Source: Ignavibacteriales bacterium
Lineage (GTDB): Bacteria > Bacteroidota > Ignavibacteria > UBA10030 > UBA6906
DNA length: 64,000 nucleotides
Assembly: GCA_037441705.1 (NCBI GenBank)
Contig: JBBIRR010000003.1
Span: forward strand, 32,831-96,830
Reading direction: 5' to 3'
Shown: in pieces, positions 51,657 through 61,667 of the stretch
Position numbering within the stretch: position 1 is the first letter of the stretch
Layout of the letters: every line of letters starts with the position of its first letter
Notes under the pieces: generated by a model
What the model saw: only the letters and a program-made list of their open reading frames with translations
Told to the model about the DNA's origin: nothing
The model's database searches: none
Translations under genes and position numbers: made by a program

Positions 51657-52569
51657 GTGGGTTGTACAGGTATGGAGTTTCCAGTGTCGTGAGTTCCTCC
51701 GATTTTTCTTTCGTATCGAAACTCGTATCTTGAATACGCCTGTTGTGTACATTGTGCTTGTCAACTGGAACGGGCGGGACGTGACGCTTGCGTGCCTCGA
51801 TTCGCTCGCGAAACTGACGTATCCGCAGTTCAAAGTCGTCGTCGTTGACAACGCATCAACCGATGGCTCGGTGCAGGCGATACGCGACCGACATCCCGCG
51901 GTTGTTGTGCTGGAACAGCAGCGCAATCTCCGCTTTGCCGGAGGCAGCAATGCCGGCATCCGCTACGCCCTCGAGCACGGTGCCGAGATGATCTGCTTGC
52001 TCAACAACGACACAACGGTTGACAGTAATTTTCTGACGGCTCTGGTTGCGCGCCTGCAGTCCGATGCAACGATCGGCGCCGTGGCTCCGAAAATCTATTA
52101 CTTCGACGAGCCGCAGCGCATCTGGTTTGCCGGCGGGGAGATTTCGATGTGGACGGGAACGATGCGGCATGTCGGCATCCGAGAGCTTGACCACGGGCAG
52201 TACGAGACGAGCCGTGAGATCGACTACGCTACCGGCTGCTGCATCCTGACAACGAGGCAAGTGATCGAACAAGTAGGCATGCTGGACGAATCGTACCACA
52301 TGTACACCGAAGACGCCGACTGGAGTATGCGTATCCGTCGGGCAGGCTACCGGATCATGTACGAACCGCGGGCGAGGGTGTGGCACAAACTTTCAATCGC
52401 CAGCGGCGGCCATCTCTCTTTTTTCAAGATGAAGAACAAGTTCATCAGCAATCTCCGTTTCTTCTTTCGCTACGCCACGCTGCCGCAGAAGCTGGTGTTT
52501 CCGTGGCTGAACGTGCTGGTCAACGCTCTTGCCGCCATCCGCTACGCGTGGGAGGTGCGGAAGCAGTAG
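51643..52569 (+). CDS. Glycosyltransferase family 2
   Basis: VYIVLVNWNGRDVTLACLDSLAKLTYPQFKVVVVDNASTDGS and ...CLLNNDT... DXD-type GT2-A motifs. The true start may be the TTG near 51730. Confidence 0.75.
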   Translation: MEGGKWVVQVWSFQCREFLRFFFRIETRILNTPVVYIVLVNWNGRDVTLACLDSLAKLTYPQFKVVVVDNASTDGSVQAIRDRHPAVVVLEQQRNLRFAGGSNAGIRYALEHGAEMICLLNNDTTVDSNFLTALVARLQSDATIGAVAPKIYYFDEPQRIWFAGGEISMWTGTMRHVGIRELDHGQYETSREIDYATGCCILTTRQVIEQVGMLDESYHMYTEDADWSMRIRRAGYRIMYEPRARVWHKLSIASGGHLSFFKMKNKFISNLRFFFRYATLPQKLVFPWLNVLVNALAAIRYAWEVRKQ

Positions 52570-53900
52570 TGGAATTCGGCAAACATCTCAGCAAAGGCAT
52601 CTGGGGGTTGGCGGACAAGGCGCTGCCCGTCGTGTACGGCGTTGCCTATGTCGTGCTGGTGATTCGTGTCTTGCCCGAGGAAGAGTTCGGAAACTTTGTG
52701 CTGATTCAGGAAATTTTTCTCGTGGTGACGGGACTGGCTATGGCGTTCGCGCTTCAGCCGTTGTTGAAGTTCGCCGCAGAGGAAACGAGTGACCAGCGCG
52801 GCGTTCTCAGCTCGGCACTCTGGTTGAACACGGCCTTCATCCTTCTCGCATCACTTCTGCTGGTCGGCCTGCGGGATCCGTTCAGCACCCTTCTGAACTC
52901 GCCGCGGCTGGGTCCCTTGATGCTGTACCTGCCGGCGATGTTTGCCGCGTCGTTCATTCGCAATTACACGCTGGTGCTGCTGCAGAGCAGGTTTCTTATC
53001 CAGCAGGTGTTCTGGGTGGACGCCTTTCATTTTCTTGGCGCGCCGATCCTCATTTACATCTACTCCAAGATGAACCTGTTCGACAGCGCGCTCGATCTGA
53101 TCATCATCAACATCATCTCGCTCTCTGCCTCGTCGCTCGTCGGCCTCATCCTCTCGCGAACCATCTTGCGTCTCCGGTTGCGGCCCGGAAAGGAAGAGAT
53201 GCGAAAGGTGTGGGACTACGGCAAGTATGCGCTCGGCGGTCTCGTCAGTTACATGGTGTACACGAAAGCGGATTCGTTCATCCTCTCGGCATTCAGCGGA
53301 CCGGTGCAGGTGGCAGTGTACAACTCGGTGAAAGTGTTCACGCGCATCTACGACATGGCGGCGCAGGTGCTGCAGATGTTTGTCCTGCCGGCAACATCGC
53401 GCCTGGCATCAAAAGGAGATGTCAACTCGCTCAAAGTGTTCGTTGAGAAGGCGCTCAACTTTTCGACCATCGGAATGCTTCCCGTGTTCGTGCTGTTTCT
53501 CGTACTCGCGTCGCCGTTGGTGAGGATCGTGTACCAGGGTCGGTACCTCGAAGCCATCCCCATGCTGCAAATCTTTTCGGCGCTGGCGTTGGTGGTGCCG
53601 GCGATAGCGATTGCGTCGAATACACTTCTGGGCTTGGGCCAGGCGAGACTTGGGTTTGTCATCGGCTTGTTTCTCCTCCTTGCGTCGGTTACGTTGTATC
53701 TGCTGTTTATCCCGTGGTCTGGGGCTATCGGAGCAACAATAGCTTACGTTCTTTCCTCGCTGGTGCTCGCATGGATGATGTTAGCATACATGAGGAAACA
53801 TGTTCCCGTGACTGTACACGAAGTTGCTGTTCGAACCAACGATATCAAAGTATTCATTAGGAACAAGCTCGGCTCATATCTAAGACCTCACTCAGAGTAG
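52569..53900 (+). CDS. Polysaccharide flippase (Wzx/MOP superfamily)
   Basis: 12-14 predicted TM helices. N-terminal KALPVVYGVAYVVLVIRVLPEEEFGNFVLIQEIFLVVTGLA is typical of Wzx/PST proteins. Start chosen at the GTG overlapping the upstream stop. The track ORF starts at 52380 inside the previous gene. Confidence 0.7.
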   Translation: MEFGKHLSKGIWGLADKALPVVYGVAYVVLVIRVLPEEEFGNFVLIQEIFLVVTGLAMAFALQPLLKFAAEETSDQRGVLSSALWLNTAFILLASLLLVGLRDPFSTLLNSPRLGPLMLYLPAMFAASFIRNYTLVLLQSRFLIQQVFWVDAFHFLGAPILIYIYSKMNLFDSALDLIIINIISLSASSLVGLILSRTILRLRLRPGKEEMRKVWDYGKYALGGLVSYMVYTKADSFILSAFSGPVQVAVYNSVKVFTRIYDMAAQVLQMFVLPATSRLASKGDVNSLKVFVEKALNFSTIGMLPVFVLFLVLASPLVRIVYQGRYLEAIPMLQIFSALALVVPAIAIASNTLLGLGQARLGFVIGLFLLLASVTLYLLFIPWSGAIGATIAYVLSSLVLAWMMLAYMRKHVPVTVHEVAVRTNDIKVFIRNKLGSYLRPHSE

Positions 53901-53907
53901 AGACTGC

Positions 53908-55038
53908 ATGACGATCGTTTACGATGTCAGCCATATTCGACAGCGAAGGGCAGGGATCGGCCGATTTGCCGCGCTTCTTTTGCGAGCACTCCTCGCTGCC
54001 GATGCCCAGCGAAGCTATATCTTGCATGCGTGGGGTCCTGATCTCGATAAGACAACAATAGAGTCCTTTTCGAGACCCAACGTTCGGTTGAATCTCGCTT
54101 CGGTCCCTGGAGCACTCAAACGCCTTTACTGGAACATTCTTCTCGCTCCAAAGCTTGAAAGGTTCATAGGTGCGTTTGACCTGTTTCATAGTTCAGAAGC
54201 GCTCTTGCCTCCGCTTGGAGTGAGACGCTCCGTGGTTACTTTTTATGATGCTGCATTCCATAAGTTTCCACAGTTCTATGGGGGATGGACTGCAAGAAAG
54301 TGGGAATACTTATTCCGGCGGTCAGTTTGGAAAGCCGATGCCGTCATTGTCATTTCGGAAAGTACACGCAATGATCTCATCGAGATGACAGGGATCTCCT
54401 CGCGCAAGGTTCATATTGTCCGCCCTCCCGTTGATCCGATCTTCAACGAGGCGGCTTCCTCTGAACAGAAGGATCGCGTACGCCGCAAGTACTCGTTACC
54501 GGACGAGTTCTTCTTGTTCGTAGGCACGCTCGAGCCGCGCAAGAACGTTGTACGGTTGGTCAAAGCCTTCGAGATGTTTCACCACCAACACCGCACCGAT
54601 GTGTCGCTGGTGCTTGTCGGAGGCAAGGGGTGGTTATACGAGGACACGATAGCGGCTATCGAAACGTCGTCTTTGCGAAACAGAATTCGCCTGCTTGACT
54701 ACGTCGAGGATGCAGATTTATCCGTTCTGTATCAGACAGCGATGATGTTCGTCTTTCCGTCTCTTTATGAAGGACACGGCTTTCCCGTCGCAGAAGCAAT
54801 GGCCTCCGGGGCTCCGGTCATAACATCGAACAATTCTTCTTTGAGAGAGATCGGAGAAAATGCAGCCTTGCTCGTCGACCCTGAGAATGTGAACGATCTT
54901 TCGCGAGCAATGGACTCGTTATTCACCAGCAAAGATTTGCGCGACGAGCTGTCTGCAAAAGGCCGTCAGCGAGCAACGCAATTCTCTCTGGCAAACGCAG
55001 CCCACGTGGTTCTCCACCTCTACGACACATTAGGTTGA
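53908..55038 (+). CDS. Glycosyltransferase family 4
   Basis: FLFVGTLEPRKN...FVFPSLYEGHGFPVAEAMASGAPVITSNNSSLREI, a classic GT4 C-domain. Confidence 0.8.
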   Translation: MTIVYDVSHIRQRRAGIGRFAALLLRALLAADAQRSYILHAWGPDLDKTTIESFSRPNVRLNLASVPGALKRLYWNILLAPKLERFIGAFDLFHSSEALLPPLGVRRSVVTFYDAAFHKFPQFYGGWTARKWEYLFRRSVWKADAVIVISESTRNDLIEMTGISSRKVHIVRPPVDPIFNEAASSEQKDRVRRKYSLPDEFFLFVGTLEPRKNVVRLVKAFEMFHHQHRTDVSLVLVGGKGWLYEDTIAAIETSSLRNRIRLLDYVEDADLSVLYQTAMMFVFPSLYEGHGFPVAEAMASGAPVITSNNSSLREIGENAALLVDPENVNDLSRAMDSLFTSKDLRDELSAKGRQRATQFSLANAAHVVLHLYDTLG

Positions 55039-55045
55039 GACAAAG

Positions 55046-55825
55046 ATGAAGGTTCACGCGCTTGTCGATGCTGCGTTGAAGGCGTACCATCTTGTGGTTC
55101 CTCCAAAAATCGACCGCGAAATCCAGCGTGCACTGCGTCTTCCGCAACCGGACTTCCCTCACTCGATAACCTTGCCGGCCAACTACGGACGTGGAATGAC
55201 CGAGCGCGTCGTGGAACTCCTTATTGCACGATTGACGTACCAACCCGGGAAGCATGTGCTGGATGTAGGTCACGCAAATATCATGAACGCCCATGCACGG
55301 ATGCTCAAAACCCTGCCGAGGCCTTTGACGATCACCGGCGTTGATATCGCTTCACCGAGCGAGGAGATCCGCTCGCTTTACACAGAGTCGGTTAGAGCAA
55401 GCATTACCGGCACGAACTTCCCCGACGAATCATTCGATCTCATTTGGTGCATTTCAACGCTCGAACATTTTGGAATGGATAACTCCCTCTACACGACTCA
55501 GTTCATTGTGGATCAAGAGATGGATCTCAAGGCGGTGCAGGAGATGATACGAATCCTGCGCCGGGATGGAACGCTCTACATTAGTGTTCCTTACGGAAAG
55601 TATGAAGACCTTGGGTGGCTTCGCAATTACGACCAGGCACGATGGCAGCAACTTCTCGCTGTTGCTCGGCCCGTTTCACGTGTCAGCGAATTGTATTTCA
55701 AGTACTCCGACGAACATGGCTGGAAGGTCGCCCGCCCCGATGAACTTGTGGACACCGGCTATTCGGATCACGACAACGCGGGTGCTTCCGGCCTGGCCGT
55801 TGCGCTCATTCATAAGATGAGGTAG
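55046..55825 (+). CDS. Hypothetical protein, possibly a divergent SAM-dependent methyltransferase
   Basis: HVLDVGHAN...FDLIWCISTLEHFG resembles Methyltransf_11 motifs I and post-II, but the glycine-rich loop is degenerate. Weak call. Confidence 0.4.
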   Translation: MKVHALVDAALKAYHLVVPPKIDREIQRALRLPQPDFPHSITLPANYGRGMTERVVELLIARLTYQPGKHVLDVGHANIMNAHARMLKTLPRPLTITGVDIASPSEEIRSLYTESVRASITGTNFPDESFDLIWCISTLEHFGMDNSLYTTQFIVDQEMDLKAVQEMIRILRRDGTLYISVPYGKYEDLGWLRNYDQARWQQLLAVARPVSRVSELYFKYSDEHGWKVARPDELVDTGYSDHDNAGASGLAVALIHKMR

Positions 55826-56014
55826 TCCGGAGCTTTTGGAGTTCGTCAAGGCATTCAGCTGCATTGAACAATCTCCAAACCCGAGACGGCAGAGAGCGCG
55901 TTTACGGGACACCCATCCTGCGAATGAACGACTCTTGCTTCTCTTGACAACAAAGTGTAGCTTCGTCCGGATGGTTTTTTGTGTTTGCCTCTTGATAAAA
56001 ACATGGAGGCTGCC

Positions 56015-57634
56015 ATGAAACATTTTCTCTTCCTCCTCTCGCTCTTTCCCTTGTTGATTCTTCCCGCTGGTTCTCAGACACCTGCACCGTTTGCATCTGA
56101 TGGACATACCGTCGGACTTTGGCATTTCAATGAATCAAGTGGTCCGCTCGTCCGGGGTAGTTCGATGTTCGGCAATCATGGATATGCCTACGGCACAACC
56201 ATCACCACCGGAAGATTTGGAAATGCCCGTTTTTTTGACGGCATATCGGACTACGTCTATATAGGTGACCCACTCAACGGTTCTCTCGATTTCGATGTGA
56301 ATCGCAGCTTCACCGTTGATGTTTGGTTTCAGACATCGGATGACCTCGGGTGGCTTTTTAGAAAGGGCCTTGCCCCGACGGCAGGATACGCTATAGCTAT
56401 CAAGGATGGATACGTACAGGGCGAACTCGGCAATCGTGAAGACAGCCGCTACCCGGACACCCTTGTGAGAATCCGAAGCCAGCAGAGATACAATGACGGC
56501 CATTGGCACCTTGCAACTCTGGAGCGAGATCGGGCGGCCCGACAGATTCGCTTGTACGTGGATGACGTTCTGGCGACCGCCCCCACCTTGGACCCAATTG
56601 TCTTTCCGCTGTCCAGCGAGCGTCCTATAACATTCGGGAAGTGGGAGAACAACGCCCAGCCGCAACTCTACAAGGGCAATATTGACGAGGTTCGTGTTTC
56701 GAATATCGCGCGCCATGCCCCACTGCACGATACCGTAACGCTCTGGCATTACGATGAAGTTAGCGGCAATCTCGTGCAGGATGCCTCGCCGAATCGCAAC
56801 GACGGAATCGCGTGGGGAACGACGGTTGTCCCTGGCATTCGCGGCAACGCGCGAGCATTTAGCGGATTGAACAGCTACGTGCTCGTTCAAAGTCCCGCCG
56901 CACTCAATTTTGATTCGTCGCAGAGCTTTACCGTTGAAGCCTGGTTCAAGACAACCCAGCAAGACACAGGTGAGATAATCCGACGAGGACTTGCACCTGT
57001 TCCCGGGTTTGCCTTTCGCATCTTGAACGGAAGGGTGCAGGGGATTATCGGCAACCGAGACGACTCCCGATACCCGAACACACTTCTCCGAATCACCAGC
57101 GCACGATCGTTCAATGACGGCCAATGGCATCGGGCAACGCTTGTCAGAGATTGCAGCATGAGAAAACTGTTCCTGTATGTTGATGGCGAACGTGCAGCAG
57201 AGCCGCTGAACGACCCGATCGGATTCCATTTGTGGAACGCCCGCCCCCTGACCATGGGTTGTTGGGAGAACTTTGTTCAGCCTACATTCTTCCGCGGTGC
57301 GTTAGACGAAGTGAAGATAGTTCGGCGAGCGCAACATCCGACTGAGGTGGGTCCTGGGTCGCCTCTGCCTGTAGAGTTTGCGTTGCATCAGAATTTTCCG
57401 AACCCATTTAATGCAAGCACGACGATACCCTTCGATGTTCCTGCGGCATCCTTTGTTACTATTCGAGTCTGGGATCTGCTGGGGCGCGAGGTTTCCGTTC
57501 TCGTCAATGGTATAAAGGAAGCGGGTCGGCACGAGACGAGGTGGAACGCACAAGGAGTGTCATCCGGTGTATATCTGTATCGTATGCAAGCGGTAGGACT
57601 TGCACAGACCCGGAAGCTCGTACTCACGAAATAG
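56015..57634 (+). CDS. Secreted protein with two LamG/concanavalin-A-like lectin domains and a T9SS C-terminal sorting domain
   Basis: Signal peptide MKHFLFLLSLFPLLILPAGSQ. Two ~200-aa repeats (GN.EDSRYP.TL.RI.S...YNDG.WH.ATL.RD....LYVD). The C-terminus HQNFPNPFNASTTIPFDVPAASFVTIRVWDLLGREVSVLVNG...GVYLYRMQA matches the Por/T9SS CTD (TIGR04183-like). Confidence 0.7.
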   Translation: MKHFLFLLSLFPLLILPAGSQTPAPFASDGHTVGLWHFNESSGPLVRGSSMFGNHGYAYGTTITTGRFGNARFFDGISDYVYIGDPLNGSLDFDVNRSFTVDVWFQTSDDLGWLFRKGLAPTAGYAIAIKDGYVQGELGNREDSRYPDTLVRIRSQQRYNDGHWHLATLERDRAARQIRLYVDDVLATAPTLDPIVFPLSSERPITFGKWENNAQPQLYKGNIDEVRVSNIARHAPLHDTVTLWHYDEVSGNLVQDASPNRNDGIAWGTTVVPGIRGNARAFSGLNSYVLVQSPAALNFDSSQSFTVEAWFKTTQQDTGEIIRRGLAPVPGFAFRILNGRVQGIIGNRDDSRYPNTLLRITSARSFNDGQWHRATLVRDCSMRKLFLYVDGERAAEPLNDPIGFHLWNARPLTMGCWENFVQPTFFRGALDEVKIVRRAQHPTEVGPGSPLPVEFALHQNFPNPFNASTTIPFDVPAASFVTIRVWDLLGREVSVLVNGIKEAGRHETRWNAQGVSSGVYLYRMQAVGLAQTRKLVLTK

Positions 57635-57642
57635 TATCCCCC

Positions 57643-58782
57643 ATGCCCGCGGCTAAGCGCGTCCTCATCTATTCCGAATACTGGTCCAGCCGCGGCGGCG
57701 GGGAGAAATATCTGCTGGCGATTGCCGAGACGCTGCTGCGTGCAGGCTACGACGTGACGTTCGCGGCACAAGCCTCGGCGTTCGACATGAAAGAGCTGGC
57801 CCGCTACTTTGCGGTCTCGCTCGACGGGGCAAACGCGCATCTCGTCCACCTCGAGGCTTTGCGCCGCGAAGCCGAGAATCTCTCCCGCCATTTCGATATC
57901 TGCATCTACATCACGAACTATCGTTTTTTCAACTCTCGTGCGCGGCAAACCTTCGTCATACTTCAAATCCCGTACGGAAGACTGACGCCGTTCACCATCT
58001 CCTCGCGCATACTGCGCGGCAAGCCAAAGGAAGCAGCAAAAGACATTCTTCGTGCCCGGCTCTTGAGCAAACTCAGGGAAACCCAGGCCGTGCTCGTGTA
58101 CTCGAAGTTCGTCCACGATGCCCTGGAAACCATTCACGGCATTCCTTCGACTGTGCTGGAACCGCCGATTGACGATTTCCTGATCGAAGGGATGCCGAAG
58201 GAACGAGTCATTCTGAGCGTCGGCAGGTTCTTCCGCGGGTTGTACAATGACAAGCGCTATGACATTCTAATTGAGGCGTTCAAAAAACTGCATGCCCGCC
58301 TTCCGCACACGACGTGGATGTATCGTCTCGTGGGAAGCTGCGGCAACGATGAGGCGTCGCGGCGGTATGTGGAGGAGTTGCAGGAGTCGGTTCGCGGACT
58401 GCCGGTGTACTTTCACATCAACTCACCGTATGAAGAGTTGAAACGGCACTACAGTGAAGCGACGCTCTTCTGGCATGCAGCGGGCTTCGGGGTGGATGAA
58501 CAGCGCCATCCCGAACGCGCCGAACACTTCGGCATGTCCACTCTCGAAGCGATGTCAGCGCGGTGCGTTCCGATTGTCATCAACCGGGGTGGGCAGAAAG
58601 AAATTGTTTCGCACGGCGAATCTGGCTATCTTTGGAACACAATGGACGAGCTTGTGAACTATTCGCTGGAGCTGATCGGTACGCCGTCGCGGCTCGCCCG
58701 GATGCAGGCGCGGGCGCGCGAGGAATTTATGCGCTTCGAACGCAGCAGATTCTCCGAAAAGCTTCTTGCCCTTCTGGAGTAG
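57643..58782 (+). CDS. Glycosyltransferase family 4
   Basis: Start at the internal Met MPAAKRVLIYSEYWSSRGGGE. GT-B fold with a ...FWHAAGFGVDE...EHFGMSTLEAMSARCVPIVINRGGQKEIV C-domain. Confidence 0.75.
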   Translation: MPAAKRVLIYSEYWSSRGGGEKYLLAIAETLLRAGYDVTFAAQASAFDMKELARYFAVSLDGANAHLVHLEALRREAENLSRHFDICIYITNYRFFNSRARQTFVILQIPYGRLTPFTISSRILRGKPKEAAKDILRARLLSKLRETQAVLVYSKFVHDALETIHGIPSTVLEPPIDDFLIEGMPKERVILSVGRFFRGLYNDKRYDILIEAFKKLHARLPHTTWMYRLVGSCGNDEASRRYVEELQESVRGLPVYFHINSPYEELKRHYSEATLFWHAAGFGVDEQRHPERAEHFGMSTLEAMSARCVPIVINRGGQKEIVSHGESGYLWNTMDELVNYSLELIGTPSRLARMQARAREEFMRFERSRFSEKLLALLE

Positions 58783-58821
58783 TCAAGGCTTCCACCCAAA
58801 ACAACATCCGATACAGCACAC

Positions 58822-61326
58822 ATGGCCAAAGCCAGGAAAGCTTCGCCGATTCGCGAACAGAAATCGCCCTCTGTGATTTCCCATCTCTCGCCAACAACAC
58901 AGGACGTACTGTGCGTGGCCTTTCTCTACCTCATCACGCTGATTCTGTTTCGAGGGATCGTCTTCGAGAACAAAGCCTTCTCGACCGGCGGCGATACGAA
59001 GAACGCCATCACCTACGCGAAAGTCGGCGACGACCTCAGGGCAGCGGAGGGCGAGGACCCATTGTGGATGCCGAACTTTTTCAGCGGCATGCCGACGTTC
59101 GGAAACGTCCACTACGTCCCGCACGATGTGAGTTATCTACAATCTGCCGTGGTCGCCGTCCTCAAGCTTTTCTATCTGAACGGAAAATGGAGTTGGTTTC
59201 CCGTGTACTACCTCTTCTGCGGCGTGTTCATGTTTCTGCTGCTGCGGATGTGGAACCTCTCGCGCATCGCTGCACTGCTCGGAGCCATCACGTTCATGCT
59301 CAGCCCGTACGGCATCGGGCTGGCTGCCGAGGGACACGGCTCGAAGCTGATGGCGCTGAGCTACCTTCCGCTCGTGTTCCTGCTGACCCATCTGCTCTTC
59401 GAACGGCGTGACGCGCTGAGCTTCGGCTTGCTCTCGGCTGCGATCGGAACCCTGCTGCTGACCAATCACATGCAGATTGTCTACTATGTGTTCATTGTTC
59501 TGGGACTGTATCTCCTTTATCACGCGGTTCGGGACTTCAAGGAGAACAAAGGAGTCATTCCCAAGAAAGTTCTTCTGTTCGGTGCAGCGCTGGCGATCGG
59601 GTTGTGCATTTCGTCGTACATCTATCTTTCTGTGTACGAGTACGCACAGTACTCCATTCGCGGCGGCGGCACGGCTGGGGCCAAGGGCGGACTGACGTGG
59701 GAGTATGCCACGAACTGGTCGTTTCATCCACAGGAATTGCTCACCCTGATTATTCCGTCGTTCTTCGGATTCTCCTCGCAGTACGTTTACCCGTGGCAGG
59801 GGCAACAGGTGCCTCTCCCGCTGTACTGGGGGACGATGCCGTTCAACACATCGAGTGTGTACATCGGCATTGTGCCGCTGCTGCTGGCGGTCGTTGCGCT
59901 GGTATATCGGCGGAATGCGACCACGCTCTTTTTCGCGCTGCTGAGTGTTGTGGTGGTGTTGCTGTCGTTCGGCAAGCACTTCGCGTTGTTGTATCAGATC
60001 TTGTTCGAGCTGTTGCCGTTCTTCAACAAGTTTCGCGCGCCGGCAATGATTCTGCATCTGCTGACGTTTGCGGTTGCGGCGTTGGGGGCGTTCGGTATGC
60101 AAGGATTGTTGGAGGAGAGAGAAATCAACAAAGAAAAATTGAAGAAGGGACTGCTCTATACGGCAGGCGCAATCGCTGCCGTGCTTGTGCTCGGTCTGGT
60201 GATGAAATCCTCGCTCTTCGAAATGTTCGGCTTCACTTTTACGCGCGAGGGCGAAAATTACGGCGCGCAGGCGATGGCGCAACTGAAGAACATCCGGTTC
60301 GAAGTGTTGTGGGCGGACTATATCAAGTTCGTCTTCATTGCCGGGGCCGCGATCGGGGCCACGCTGTTGTATCTCAACGGACGCCTCAAGGCAGCGGGCT
60401 TGAGCAGCGCCTTGATTGGTCTTCTTGTTATTGATCTGTTCATCATCGACAGCAAGTTCATTGATCCGAAGCCGCAGGAGGAGCTGGAGCAAACGTTGCG
60501 CGCGGATGCCACGGTGCAGTTTCTCAAGCAGCAGCCGGGGTTGTTTCGCGTGTTTCCGTTGGGTGATTTATACGGCGAGACGACTTACGCCTATCACGGT
60601 CTGCAATCGGTCGGCGGGTACAGTCCGGCGAAGCTGAAGATTTACCAGACGGTTGTCGATTCATGCTTCTTCCGCGGCCCCGATCCTGCATTTCCGCTGA
60701 ACATGAACATCGTGAACATGTTGAATGCGAAGTACGTGTTAGCGCAGGGGCAACTGCCGCCGGAGAAGTTTCGTCATGCATTTACCGATCAGGCCACGGG
60801 GGTGATGACGTACGAGAATCCGGGTGCGCTGCCGCGCGCATGGTTTGTGCAGAACGTCGTGGTTGCTTCATCCGACAACGAGGTGTTTGCACTTCTGAAC
60901 TCTCGCGACTTCACTCCCGCGACAACAGCCATCCTGCAGCAACCGCTGGCGCAGCAGATGACGGTGCCCGACAGCGCCGCTCGCGTTTCGATTACTCAGT
61001 ATAAATCACGCGAGATCAGGCTGCAGGCGGCAACCTCGGGTCCGGCGCTGCTCGTCGTAAGCGAGGTCTATTATCCGGCAGGATGGAAAGCGTTTGTGGA
61101 CGGTAAGGAGACCGAGATCTATCGAACGAATTCCATCCTTCGCTCCATTGTGATTCCGGCGGGAACGCATGAGGTTGTGTTCCGCTTCGATCCGCTGATG
61201 TACGAAGTGGGCTGGGACGTGACACATGCGGGATGGGGTGTGGCAGCTGTGTGCATTCTCATCGGACTGTGGAGGTCGCCGGGTGTGCGTGCGCGTCTGC
61301 CTGGAAGGAAGCAAGGCAGAAGCTGA
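58822..61326 (+). CDS. YfhO-family GT-C membrane glycosyltransferase (second paralogue)
   Basis: Multi-TM N-region and a C-terminal LLVVSEVYYPAGWKAFVDGKETEIYRTNSILRSIVIPAGTHEVVFRFDP, matching the YfhO signature and paralogous to 46475..48775. Confidence 0.7.
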   Translation: MAKARKASPIREQKSPSVISHLSPTTQDVLCVAFLYLITLILFRGIVFENKAFSTGGDTKNAITYAKVGDDLRAAEGEDPLWMPNFFSGMPTFGNVHYVPHDVSYLQSAVVAVLKLFYLNGKWSWFPVYYLFCGVFMFLLLRMWNLSRIAALLGAITFMLSPYGIGLAAEGHGSKLMALSYLPLVFLLTHLLFERRDALSFGLLSAAIGTLLLTNHMQIVYYVFIVLGLYLLYHAVRDFKENKGVIPKKVLLFGAALAIGLCISSYIYLSVYEYAQYSIRGGGTAGAKGGLTWEYATNWSFHPQELLTLIIPSFFGFSSQYVYPWQGQQVPLPLYWGTMPFNTSSVYIGIVPLLLAVVALVYRRNATTLFFALLSVVVVLLSFGKHFALLYQILFELLPFFNKFRAPAMILHLLTFAVAALGAFGMQGLLEEREINKEKLKKGLLYTAGAIAAVLVLGLVMKSSLFEMFGFTFTREGENYGAQAMAQLKNIRFEVLWADYIKFVFIAGAAIGATLLYLNGRLKAAGLSSALIGLLVIDLFIIDSKFIDPKPQEELEQTLRADATVQFLKQQPGLFRVFPLGDLYGETTYAYHGLQSVGGYSPAKLKIYQTVVDSCFFRGPDPAFPLNMNIVNMLNAKYVLAQGQLPPEKFRHAFTDQATGVMTYENPGALPRAWFVQNVVVASSDNEVFALLNSRDFTPATTAILQQPLAQQMTVPDSAARVSITQYKSREIRLQAATSGPALLVVSEVYYPAGWKAFVDGKETEIYRTNSILRSIVIPAGTHEVVFRFDPLMYEVGWDVTHAGWGVAAVCILIGLWRSPGVRARLPGRKQGRS

Positions 61327-61667
61327 GGTGTTCACGTTCAGGGAGCTTCACGCGCGCAAACGTATCGGTTGGTGATGACGGTGGAGTTGTGAGATGCCGG
61401 TGGTGCTGCGCGCGTTAGGCGCCCGAAGGGTGCCCGCCGTTTTGGGGCGGGCAGTGCTGAGCGCTGTTCAGCGAAGCACCGCAGCGGAAGCGGAGCCCGC
61501 AGGGCGCCGACGGCGCTGCGAAGCGTTCAGCGCCGGAACGCCCAACATTTCTCTTGTTTGCGCGTGCTCCGTGTAGGTTGATTCTGTGCTCCGCCTTGTC
61601 TATATTGCACGTGCTTCTCAACGACCGTTCAACTGTTTATTCATTAGCTTAGAGGAGAGAATCTCTC

